47,348 nucleotides of DNA from the NCBI GenBank assembly GCA_002269645.1, contig NIVC01000582.1:1-47348 (forward strand), given 5' to 3'. Both the position numbers and the translations under genes were made by a program. Shown one piece after another: positions 23,943 to 33,966 of the stretch. Each line of letters starts with the position of its first letter. The first letter of the stretch is position 1. The notes under the pieces were generated by a model. That model was given only the letters and a program-made list of their open reading frames with translations, searched no databases and had not been told where the DNA came from. Source of the stretch: Macrostomum lignano (taxonomy: Eukaryota).

Positions 23943-24677
23943 GACCCAAGTAAAGTAAAGGGTAAAACATAGCAAATATAATTTCTTTCAAAATTATTTA
24001 TTTGTTTAGATTCTAAAAACTTCTTCAAAAAGTAGCAGGATTTTTCATTGTTACTTGTTTACGAAGTATTTAAGGCTTTTGTTTTACTGTGCGTAGATAG
24101 CATACTTTTGACCAATACATTTCAAATTAAAGTCTCCATTCCTATAAAACTCACGTTTTACTCCTCTCTCTTTTTTTCCTACTCTTTCTCTCTTCCTTAC
24201 TTTAAAAATAATTTCCTAATAAAAGACATAAAGAAGATATAATAATATGCTAGCATCCTGTAGGCTGTGATGTTAATATCCATTAGAGAATTTACCTAAA
24301 TCTATTTGTATGTATGAATATAGCGGTGCTTAGGCCTACTCATTGCTCATGCTTTGTGAATAGGCCTATTTAAAGCTTAAAAGCGTCTAGAATTAAAATA
24401 ACTTTTATGGTATTTAGCAGCTATTTCATACATTATTTTATCATGTTTTTAATTAAAAAAATGTCTACTTTTTCTATTAGGCAGTTTTTGAGCTACATAA
24501 TTTCAGTCACAGACCTAACCAAATTTACAGGCCCTAGCCATTTCAGCATTTTGGTCAGCAATGGATTTCTACCTATTGTCTGCATTTAAAGTTTATTAAT
24601 ATTAGCATCAAAATGTTTTTGAAAGAATCTGTGGGACCTTTGCAAATGGGGTGCCATCAAAATGGCCACACACAGAA

Positions 24678-25092
24678 TAGAGGTTGGAAAGAGATTGGAC
24701 GGGATTGAAATCTTTGGGCGGGATCGGGATCGGGAATAATTTTTTTCTCGGGATTGGGATCGGGATTGGGATTCAAGAATTGGGATCAGGTCTTTTAGTG
24801 TATTGTCTATGTAAAGTTAAACAAAATTGAGAAAATATTATCAAGATCAAGAAGTAGGCCTAAAACACAACAAAATTGATATGAAGTTTTGTAACTAACA
24901 AAGTAAATAATGTAACGAGTACAAGTTAAAGCAAAATACCTTCAAGTAATCACTAATTCTATAAATTATTAATCGAAAGACCTGTTCCCAAATCTCAAGT
25001 TTTTAGGGTTAGGATTCTGGTCCCACAAGAATTCAATTTTCTTTGGGATCCCAAGATTTCAGGATTGGGATTGGGATCCTGTCCGACCTCTA
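24678..25092. mobile_element. MITE with TAGAGGT(T/C)GGA termini and GGGATC/GGGATT subrepeats
   Basis: TAGAGGTTGGA (24678) pairs with TCCGACCTCTA (25082-25092). The inner AATTGGGATCAGGTCTTT pairs with AAAGACCTGTTCCCAAAT. Confidence 0.65.
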
Positions 25093-25096
25093 ACTC

Positions 25097-25671
25097 TAAC
25101 GCAGAATGGCCACAACAAAATGGCCACATGACAAAATGGCCACATAAAACAAAAAGTATTGCAGGTGAACTTGTTCTACTCTTAATATTGTATGATAAGC
25201 ATAGCTGCATAGCCTCTATTATGAGTATTCTAAACTGTTATTATTCTTATAGTAGGCCTAATATATCACTATCAGTGCTAGTGCTAGACCTATGTTATTG
25301 AGTGTAGCCTACTTCATATTGTTTGGCCTAATTAATTTTAGCTTTGGTAGGCCTACTTGTACCAATTTGCATAAAAATGCAAAAGAAATGAATGCATTGA
25401 GATATTGTGAAATTTATCTGGGCAATATTATTTTTATTGTTAAAAACATTAATTTACCATCAAATGCAAAATTTGAAAAAAAAATGAAAAACAAAAAAAA
25501 TTCATATCAGAGAATAATTGTTACTAACTGCCATAAAGATATTTTGCACTTCTATTACAGATTATTACATCTGTTGTCCTAACAATATAAAATGTGATAG
25601 ACATCTCTAACATTTTGTTCTGTATCGCCTTTTTGACAGTGTGGCCATTTTGTTGTATGGTCATTCCGTAA
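25097..25671. mobile_element. Second MITE-like element with AAAATGGCCACA subterminal repeats
   Basis: GAATGGCCACAACAAAATGGCCACA (about 25104) is the near reverse complement of TGTGGCCATTTTGTTGTATGGTCATTC (about 25640-25666). Confidence 0.55.
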
Positions 25672-28032
25672 TGTAAATTGTAATGTAAATTAGGGCCCCT
25701 AAAGCTTTATATAAAATAAAGGTAAATTTGTGTAGTCTAAAAAGTCAGTGATAAACTGCTTTTAAAAAATTAACAATAAATAAAATTTATTTAAAAAATG
25801 ATTAAATATATAAATTTTGTATCAATATTTTGTAAATTAAATTTAAATTTATTTAAAATAAAAATACTTTTTGTACAAATGCCTTTCTTAAAAACTTAAC
25901 TTGTGAAAACTAAATGACCTTTTTGGTAAACATTTTTCTACACCTTTTCCTCCCAAAGAAACTCCTAAAGATGCTAGGCCTATTATGTGGGGGAAAATTT
26001 TTGCCTATAACAAGGTCTTAGGCAGTCAAATACTGCTTGTATAACATGCAGCAAAGAGTTAAAAAAGTTTTTTTCAATATTGTTTTCGGGGGTGCCACAG
26101 TGGGTGTTGTCGGGGAGCTACAGTGGGTGTTGTCAGTGGAGCTACAGTGGGTGGGTGCTTTGTATAAACAGTGCTACAATTAAAGTTTTTTTGGTGTTAC
26201 CATTATTAAAGCTATGAACTTGCCATTATAGCTATGTCTCACGGGAATTTTTTGGGCCTTTGAAAACATGTGATACTTTTTAAAATGATTATTCTATAAC
26301 AGCAATAAAATGTTTTTATTACTATAAAGTAATATATTATTGTTTAGGTCACTACAATATATAAGCATTTCTATAAGTATTTTTTATCTATTATCTTTCC
26401 TTAAAAATTCAAAAACTTCATTGGATATTGTTTTATAAAATCAAACTCAAAGTCTTTGTAGCTAGCTGCCTTTTGTGGTCTAACCCCCTCCCCTCTGGTC
26501 CATTGGCATATACTTGGTGAATTGATCTAACCCTCTTGTATGCAGGGTGAAAAGCAAAAAAGCACAGTCTATACTTAGGACTATAGACATTTTTGGGAAA
26601 TTTTTTGTTTTTGCTAAATATTGGCAAATATTTAATTTAGATAAGATTCTTGTTCCAACATATATTATATAATTTATAAATTTTCTTATATGATTATAAT
26701 TTATATACTACATTATTATAATATAAAAAATCTATTTTATCTTATTATATCACATTCCATTTTAATTCTTAAGAAACACGAAATGATAGGAAATTGGTAT
26801 ATCTATCTTATAATCTTAACCTCTCTTGACTCTTCCCAAGTGCAGTTGATTAAGATTAGGAATCTATATTCCAGTTTCCCCTTAGCTATGTTACCAAATA
26901 GACTAATTAGGCCTAATAGTTAGACAATATATTTTAAAGATTTTAATAGTCATTGTTACAAATTTTGACTTTTTTGAGATCTTGAAACCAAATTAAGATT
27001 AAGAAAAGTGCCAAGATCTTGATAATCAAGATCAAGATTGAGATCCTATCTTCTGACCCCTATAATTAGATTGGCTAGGTTGGCTAGCAAACATGGCAGT
27101 TGCAGATCTATGCAGTTTTATCTTGGTATGCTAGCATAAATTATTTTTTGAAAACTAGTCTAAAATATTTTGTAACTATCATTGGCTTTTATTATGCTTA
27201 AAATCATAGTTTTTCTTAGATGCCTAACTCCTATCAAAGGCATATAGCCTACTTTAGCTAAAAAATTTAAATAAATATAACTGAAATTTTATATATTGTA
27301 TTAAAAATTTGAAGAACAGCGCTATAAATAGTAGATTAAAAAGTAAATTGTTATGGCTTTAATTATTAAATAACACAATCTACCTAAACAGTTTGCTTAT
27401 GATAATTAGCCATAGGACAAAAAGGAATTTATTTTTTTGATATTAATTTTTACTCTTAAGGTCTTAAAGACACATATTTACCTCTTTTAAAAAGGACAAT
27501 TTGATCTTTGTTGTTTATGTTAATAGAAAAAATAACTGGGTGCTTTACAAAAAGTATAATTATTATTATTTAAATGGAAAGAAAAAAATCATTTAAATTT
27601 ATATACCTTAAAATTTATGAATTCTAAACCTGTTTCTTTGTTGCTTTTTTGAGCTATATAAAGTATTTTGTAGTAGAAATGATGAGTATTTAATTTATGT
27701 TTGGATTTTTGAAGAAAAACCACATTAGAAGCAATGAGATACAACAATAAAATTGGGAGAATTTTAAAAGTATTGATTCTTATTGTGTTTTTTAAGATCT
27801 TTAATATTTTTATTATTTTTTTGATTGATCAGTGTATAAATAACTGCTGCAATTAATTCTTGTTAACTTGCTTACCAAAAATGTTTGGACTTGTTTAGTT
27901 AGCTAAATTTTCCCACTTTATATTATTGTTAATGCTACAGGTTAAGCAAAGTTGGCTATGGTTAGTATCAAGAGTCGAGCTCTTATTACAATGCATGAAA
28001 TTTTCTTCATTGGCCAACTGAATAAACACACA

Positions 28033-28419
28033 ATGGCCGATTCAGCATCCGAGGCTGCCAAGCCAGCAACTGGAGGCGGAAAGAAAGGTAAAAAGCAGAA
28101 CAAAGGCACTAAAATGCATCTAACAGATTTTATTGGCGAGAATGTCGGCGTTGTTGGCAAACTCGAACAACAACCGGCCAGGCCCGCCGCCGATTGGGGC
28201 GAAGTGATGGAAGAAGAGGACCCCGGATTTGTTGGCCTGAACGATTTGCTCAGTTTGCGCAGAAACTTGCCAGCTGCGCCTAAGGCGGCAACTAAACCAG
28301 ATTTGGATTTGAGCAAAGTGCCTAAACAGCCTCCGTTTAAGGTTTATGTTGGCAGTTTGCCATTCGACACATCCGAGGAGAATGTTGCTAAGTTCTTCAA
28401 GGATCTGGACGTTGTCGAG
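28033..28419 (+). CDS. EIF4B: Eukaryotic translation initiation factor 4B, exon 1
   Basis: MADSAS...KKGKKQNKGTKMHLTDF...DWGEVMEEED...LPAAPKA...KVPKQPPFKVYVGSLPFDTSEE contains the eIF4B N-terminal motifs and RRM RNP2. Donor GAG|gtatgc. Confidence 0.9.
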
Positions 28420-28477
28420 GTATGCTATTAAACAATTTTTTTTACATTTTTTACGTTTGAAGCTGACTTTTTGTCCT

Positions 28478-28865
28478 CAGTTTCCCCATTATGGATTGGG
28501 AGCTTGGAATCCCAGTTTCCCTATGGTGGATTGGGAGTTTGGGATCCCAGTTTCCCTATGGTGGATTAGGAGTTTGGGATGCCAGTTTCCCTATGATGGA
28601 TTGGGAGTTTGGGATGCCAGTTTCCCTATAGTGGATTGGGAGTTTAGGATCCCAGTTTCCCTATGGTGGATTGGGAGTTTAGGATCCCAGTTTCCCTATG
28701 GTGGATTGGGAGTTTAGGATCCCAGTTTCCCTATGGTGGATTGGGAGTTTGGGATCCCAGTTTCCCTATGATGGATTGGGAGTTTGGGATGCCAGTTTCC
28801 CTATGATGGATTGGGAGTTTGGGATGCCAGTTTCCCTATGGTGGATTGGGAGTTAGGGATGCCAT
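28478..28865. repeat. 35-bp minisatellite (CAGTTTCCCTATGGTGGATTGGGAGTTTGGGATCC), about 11 copies, eIF4B intron 1
   Basis: Period measured from CAGTTT at 28513 and 28548. Confidence 0.95.
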
Positions 28866-28933
28866 TTTTCCAACAAATATGCCGAGATTTTAAAAGCCTC
28901 AAAACTTTCACGGTGCCGAACCCGAACCCTCAG

Positions 28934-30515
28934 ATTGATCTGCTCCGCAACGAACGCAACAGTCTGCGCGGATTTGGCTACGTGACCCTGCGCACAGCCG
29001 AGGACATGATCAAAGCTCTGCAGATGTCCGATCGCGCGATCGGTACAAGGCGAATCAAAATCGACTTCGTTGACAATCAGGCTGGCCAGGGCCAGCAGGC
29101 GGGCGGCAAGGGTCGGCCAGGACGTGACGGCCTACAAGCTGAGATGGCCTCCGAGACCGATAATAATTGGCGCAAAAGTGCGAGACCTCCGCCTCCTTCG
29201 TCGCCGGCCAACAACGGTTTCACCGGCGGCCGGGGCGGCGGTCGGGATTCTCGCGACGGCGGCATGTCGCGGCCGGAGCGTCGTCGAACGCCCAGCCCGC
29301 AGGGGCCGTGGCGGGCCGGTGCCAAGCCTCAGGGCCCACCGATGCGCGTCGGAGGCGGAGGTCGCGGCGGCGGCGCTGTCGGCGGCGGCATGGAGCGCCG
29401 GCCTGGCTGGGGCCGACAGGGAACCAGTCCGTCACGTGTCGACGCCGACACAAATTGGCGATCCGGTGGCGGCCCCAGGCGACGATCGCCGTCTCCTCGT
29501 TCTGGCGGCGGCGGTACCGCATTCGCTGGCAGGCGTCGCTCGCCTGCGGGTCCGTGGCGTCGGTCGCCTTCGCCGTTGAATCGGCGTCGACGTTCGCCGT
29601 CGCCAGACCGTGAACGTGGCCGGTCGCCTTCGCCGTCAAATCAGCGTCGACGATCGCCGCCGCCCAGATACAGCCGATCGCCGTCACCCAGAAGGCGATC
29701 GCCGTCGCCGAGAGGGCGATCCCCGTCACCGAGAAGGCGATCCCCGTCACCGAGAAGGCGATCCCCGTCACCGAGAAGGCGATCCCCGTCACCGAGAAGG
29801 CGATCGCCGTCGCCGAGAGGGCGATCCCCGTCACCGAGAAGGCGATCCCCGTCGCCGAGAAGGCGATCCCCGTCGCCGAGAAGGCGATCTCCGTCACCGA
29901 GTAGCCGATCTCCCTCGCCCAGAGATCGCCGTTCTCCGCCCAGGGATCGCCGTTCTCCGCCCAGGGATCGCCGTTCGCCGCCCAGAAATCGACGTTCGCC
30001 CTCGCCGCCCAGGCAGCGCAAGAAGCTAGTCCTGATTCCGCGCAGCAAGCCGCCAGCCGAATCAACTGACTCCGCCGCTCAAGCGCCGGCCGCCGCGGCA
30101 CCCGCAATTTTTGGCGCCGCCAAGCCGGTTGACACGGCGTCAGTTGAGCGTCGGATTGAAGAACGTCTGGAACGGGAGCGACAGCAGCAGGCGGCAACAG
30201 CTGGCGGCGAGAGTGGAGCGGGTCCAAGAAGGCAGCACGCTTCGTCGTCTAGCAGTAGAGTTGACGAGAATGAAAATGTCACAAATACTACTGCCGGAGT
30301 AGTAGCGTCGGCAGGTCACAGTCCCGGATCTAAAAAAGTTCGTCAACAGTCGTCATCGTCGGGAACTTCGGAGAAACAGCAGCAGCCACCGCAGGCGCCG
30401 CCTCCGCCCAAGATGGTCGACGCGAAGCCGCCAAGTGTCAACGTCTGGGAAGTTCGCAAGCAGAAGCAACAGCAGCAGCCGTCTGCTCAGCAGTCAGCTA
30501 ATTCGACTGGCAATG
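28934..30515 (+). CDS. EIF4B: eIF4B exon 2 (RRM second half, RGG region, RS/SP repeat domain, coiled coil)
   Basis: ccctcag|ATT...G|gtaaag. RNP1 is RGFGYVTL. KKLVLIPRS and AIFGAAKPVDTASVERRIEERLERE match the eIF4B IFGxAKPVDT...EERL motif. Confidence 0.9.
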
Positions 30516-30589
30516 GTAAAGTTGTGATTTATTCTAAACCGTGCCTTTTTAAGAATCGACCTATCGCGTGCAGCCATTCTAAGAATCAG

Positions 30590-30866
30590 CACAACCCCGC
30601 ATTTTGAAGAATTGCGACAAGCCCAGCATTTCTAAGAATTGCGACAAGCCCAGCATTTCTAAGAATTGCGAAAAGCCTAGCTTTTCTAAGAATTGCGACA
30701 AGCCTAGCATTTCTAAGAATTGCGACAAGCCTAGCATTTCTAAGAATTGCGACAAGCCCAGCATTTCTAAGAATTGCGACAAGCCTAGCTTTTCTAAGAA
30801 TTGCGACAAGCCTAGCATTTCTAAGAATTGCGACAAGCCCAGCATTTCTAAGAATTGTGACAAGCC
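30590..30866. repeat. 27-bp minisatellite (AAGAATTGCGACAAGCCTAGCATTTCT), about 10 copies, eIF4B intron 2
   Basis: Direct tandem copies. Confidence 0.95.
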
Positions 30867-31165
30867 TAGCCTAGTGGTTAGAGTGTCAGAGTCACGACTT
30901 GAATGTCGAGGTTCAATTCTTGACCCACTCGGAAGAACAATTTGTATCCTTGAGCAAGACACTTAACTCTGCATTGCTTCAGTTCACCCAGCTCTAAAAT
31001 GGGTGCCAGCATTAGCTGGGGTAATTGAGGGTGTGTGTGGCGACCCCCCAGTCCTTGGACTGAACAGCCGTACGCAGCCTTCAGATGCGCCACGCAATAG
31101 CTGCGGCTGAGCTCTCGGTTGCACATCTGCCCATTAAGGCAGGTGTAATCAATTATATTAATTAT
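30867..31165 (+). mobile_element. tRNA-derived SINE with a CORE (MIR-like) central domain
   Basis: A box TAGCCTAGTGG (30867) and B box GGTTCAATTC (30910). TTGTATCCTTGAGCAAGACACTTAACTCTGCATTGCTTCAGTTCACCCAGCTCTAAAATGGG (about 30942-31003) aligns by eye to the CORE-SINE consensus TGTGACCTTGGGCAAGTCACTTAACCTCTCTGTGCCTCAGTTTCCTCATCTGTAAAATGGG. The 3' end is AT-rich. Confidence 0.8.
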
Positions 31166-31179
31166 TTTTACAAGCATAG

Positions 31180-32298
31180 AATTTCTAAGAACCGGCACAA
31201 CCCCTAGCATTTCTAAGAACCGGCACAACCCCTAGCATTTCTAAGAACCGGCACAACCCCTAGCATTTCTAAGAACCGGCACAACCCCTAGCATTTCTAA
31301 GAACCGGCACAACCCCTAGCATTTCTAAGAACCGGCACAACCCCTAGCATTTCTAAGAACCGGCACAACCCCTAGCATTTCTAAGAACCGGCACGACCCT
31401 AGCATTTCTAAGAACCGGCACGACCCTAGCATTTCTAAGAACCGGCACAACCCCTAGCATTTCTAAGAACCGGCACGACCCTAGCATTTCTAAGAACCGG
31501 CACGACCCTAGCATTTCTAAGAACCGGCACGACCCTAGCATTTCTAAGAACCGGCACAACCCCTAGCATTTCTAAGAACCGGCACAACCCCTAGCATTTT
31601 TAAGAACCGGCACAACCCCTGGCATTTCTAAGAACCGGCACAACCCCTAGCATTTCTAAGAACCGGCACAACCTCTAGCATTTCTAAGAACCGGCACAAC
31701 CCTAGCATTTCTAAGAACCGGCACGACCCTAGCATTTCTAAGAACCGGCACAACCCCTAGCATTTCTAAGAACCGGCACAACCCTAGCATTTCTAAGAAC
31801 CGGCACGACCCTAGCATTTCTAAGAACCGGCACGACCCTAGCATTTCTAAGAACCGGCACAACCCCTAGCATTTCTAAGAACCGGCACAACCCCTAGCAT
31901 TTCTAAGAACCGGCACAACCCTAGCATTTCTAAGAGCCGGCACAACCCGTAGCATTTCTAAGAACCGGCACAACCCCTAGCATTTCTAAGAACCGGCACA
32001 ACCCCTAGCATTTCTAAGAACCGGCACAACCCCTAGCATTTCTAAGAACCGGCACAACCCCTAGCATTTCTAAGAACCGGCACAACCCCTAGCATTTCTA
32101 AGAACCGGCACAACCCCTAGCATTTCTAAGAACCGGCACAACCTCTAGCATTTCTAAGAACCGGCACAACCCCTAGCATTTCTAAGAACCGGCACAACCT
32201 CTAGAATTTCTAAGAACCGGCACAACCCCTAGCATTTCTAAGAACCGGCATAACCCCTAGCATTTCTAAGAACCGGCACAACCCCTAGCATTTCTAAA
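31180..32298. repeat. 27/28-bp minisatellite (AAGAACCGGCACAACCCCTAGCATTTCT), about 40 copies, eIF4B intron 2
   Basis: Direct tandem copies with ACAACCCC, ACAACCC and ACGACCC variants. Confidence 0.95.
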
Positions 32299-32371
32299 AA
32301 GCGCTGCAGCCCAGTATTTATGATATCCGTTACTCCACTGTTAACGCTTCCCCTTCGACCGGATCCCTCAG

Positions 32372-32658
32372 CTTCCCAATCAGCTTCATCAGCCACCACA
32401 GCTGCTGGCGCCAATCGACCGAGTGGCCCAGCGGCCCGTCAGCAGCAGCAGCCGCAACATCTGAAGCACCCAACGCCGAGTCAGGGCGCTTCATCTGCCG
32501 CTCAAGTTGCAGCCGCTCCAGCGCCCAATAGTGGCACGTTCACTGACGCCCCTAAGCCTCCAGTCAGCGCCTGGTCCAAGCCGCTGAGCATTGCTAAGAA
32601 ATCTGATGACCAGCCGACTGCAGCTCAGACTGTTGCGATTGAAGCCGAGGCTAAACAG
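32372..32658 (+). CDS. EIF4B: eIF4B exon 3
   Basis: ccctcag|CT...CAG|gtacgt; the phase-1 start matches exon 2. ...FTDAPKPPVSAWSKP... resembles the eIF4B C-terminal PPxxNAW motif. Confidence 0.78.
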
Positions 32659-32769
32659 GTACGTGTTTAATTTGTTCTTTTTCAGACGTTATTAGAATCA
32701 GCACCAACGTTGCCCGTAAGAGTTGCTCTTTACATTTCAGAATTGGTCACATCCAAAATCTCCCTTTCC

Positions 32770-33710
32770 GCTTAAAAACCGGCCTTCAAATCTAAGAATG
32801 GCCCTTCTAAGTTTAGAATCGCCTTTCTCAGTTAAGAATCAGCCTTCAAATCTAAGAATGGCCCTTCTCAGTTAAAAATCGGCCTTCAAATCTAAGAATG
32901 GCCCTTCTCAGTTAAAAATCGGCCTTCAAATCTAAGAATGGCCCTTCTCAGTTTAGAATCGGCCTTCAAATCTAAGAATGGCCCTTCTCAGTTTAGAATC
33001 GGCCTTCAAATCTAAGAATGGCCCTTCTCAGTTTAGAATCGGCCTTCAAATCTAATAATGGCCCTTCTCAGTTTAGAATCGGCCTTCAAATCTAAGAATG
33101 GCCCTTCTCAGTTTAGAATCGGCCTTCAAATCTAAGAATGGCCCTTCTCAGTTTAGAATCGGCCTTCAAATCTAAAAAATGGCAGTTCTCAGTTTAGAAT
33201 CGGCTTTCAAATCTAAGAATGGCCCTTCTCAGTTTAGAATCGGCCTTCAAATCTAATAATGGCCCTTCTCAGTTTAGAATCGGCCTTCAAATCTAAGAAT
33301 GGCCCTTCTCAGTTTAGAATCGGCCTTCAAATCTAAAAAATGGCAGTTCTCAGTTTAGAATCGGCCTTCAAATCTAAAAAATGGCAGTTCTCAGTTTAGA
33401 ATCGGCCTTCAAATCTAAGAATTCCCTTCTCAGTTAAAAATCGGCCTTCAAATCTAAGAATGGCCCTTCTCAGTTTAGAATCGGCCTTCAAATCTAAGAA
33501 TGGCCCTTCTCAGTTTAGAATCGGCCTTCAAATCTAAGAATGGCCCTTCTCAGTTTAGAATCGGCCTTCAAATCTAAAAAATGGCAGTTCTCAGTTTAGA
33601 ATCGGCCTTCAAATCTAAAAAATGGCAGTTCTCAGTTTAGAATCGGCCTTCAAATCTAAGAATCGCCCTTCTCAGTTTAGAATCGACCTTCAAATCTAAG
33701 AATCGCCCTC
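32770..33710. repeat. 40-bp minisatellite (TTCTCAGTTTAGAATCGGCC + TTCAAATCTAAGAATGGCCC; a diverged 20-bp dimer), about 23 copies, eIF4B intron 3
   Basis: Direct tandem copies. Confidence 0.95.
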
Positions 33711-33735
33711 ACTGACTGCCATTCAAATTCCACAG

Positions 33736-33966
33736 GAGCCGGCGACGGTAGCAGCAGCGGCCGCAGACTCCACTGCAACAGCAGCCTCCGCTCCATCCGC
33801 TCGTCCAGTTAGACGCGTTGAAGTCTCCGTGAACGATCCCAACAATCCGGTTGTGGTTGCGCCGACAGCGTCTGACAAACCCAGCCAGCGGCCGCGGCCA
33901 GCCTGGGGCAATCAAGGTCGAACAGTCGCCGACATTGTCCGACAAGGTGCCAGCAACAAAGGCTAG
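33736..33966 (+). CDS. EIF4B: eIF4B terminal exon
   Basis: ccacag|GAG, phase 0. EPATVAAAAADS...RPAWGNQGRTVADIVRQGASNKG*. The spliced CDS totals 2487 nt, or 828 aa plus stop. Confidence 0.72.
   Translation, partial: EPATVAAAAADSTATAASAPSARPVRRVEVSVNDPNNPVVVAPTASDKPSQRPRPAWGNQGRTVADIVRQGASNKG

Noticed and set aside
29070-30346. Overlapping alternative-frame and antisense ORFs over eIF4B exon 2
   Set aside because: These are expected shadows of a GC-rich repetitive coding exon. Only the 28784..30607 frame carries recognisable motifs.
30867-30925. tRNA gene
   Set aside because: It has A and B boxes but no acceptor stem or complete cloverleaf, and it continues into a CORE-like body, so it is interpreted as a SINE head.
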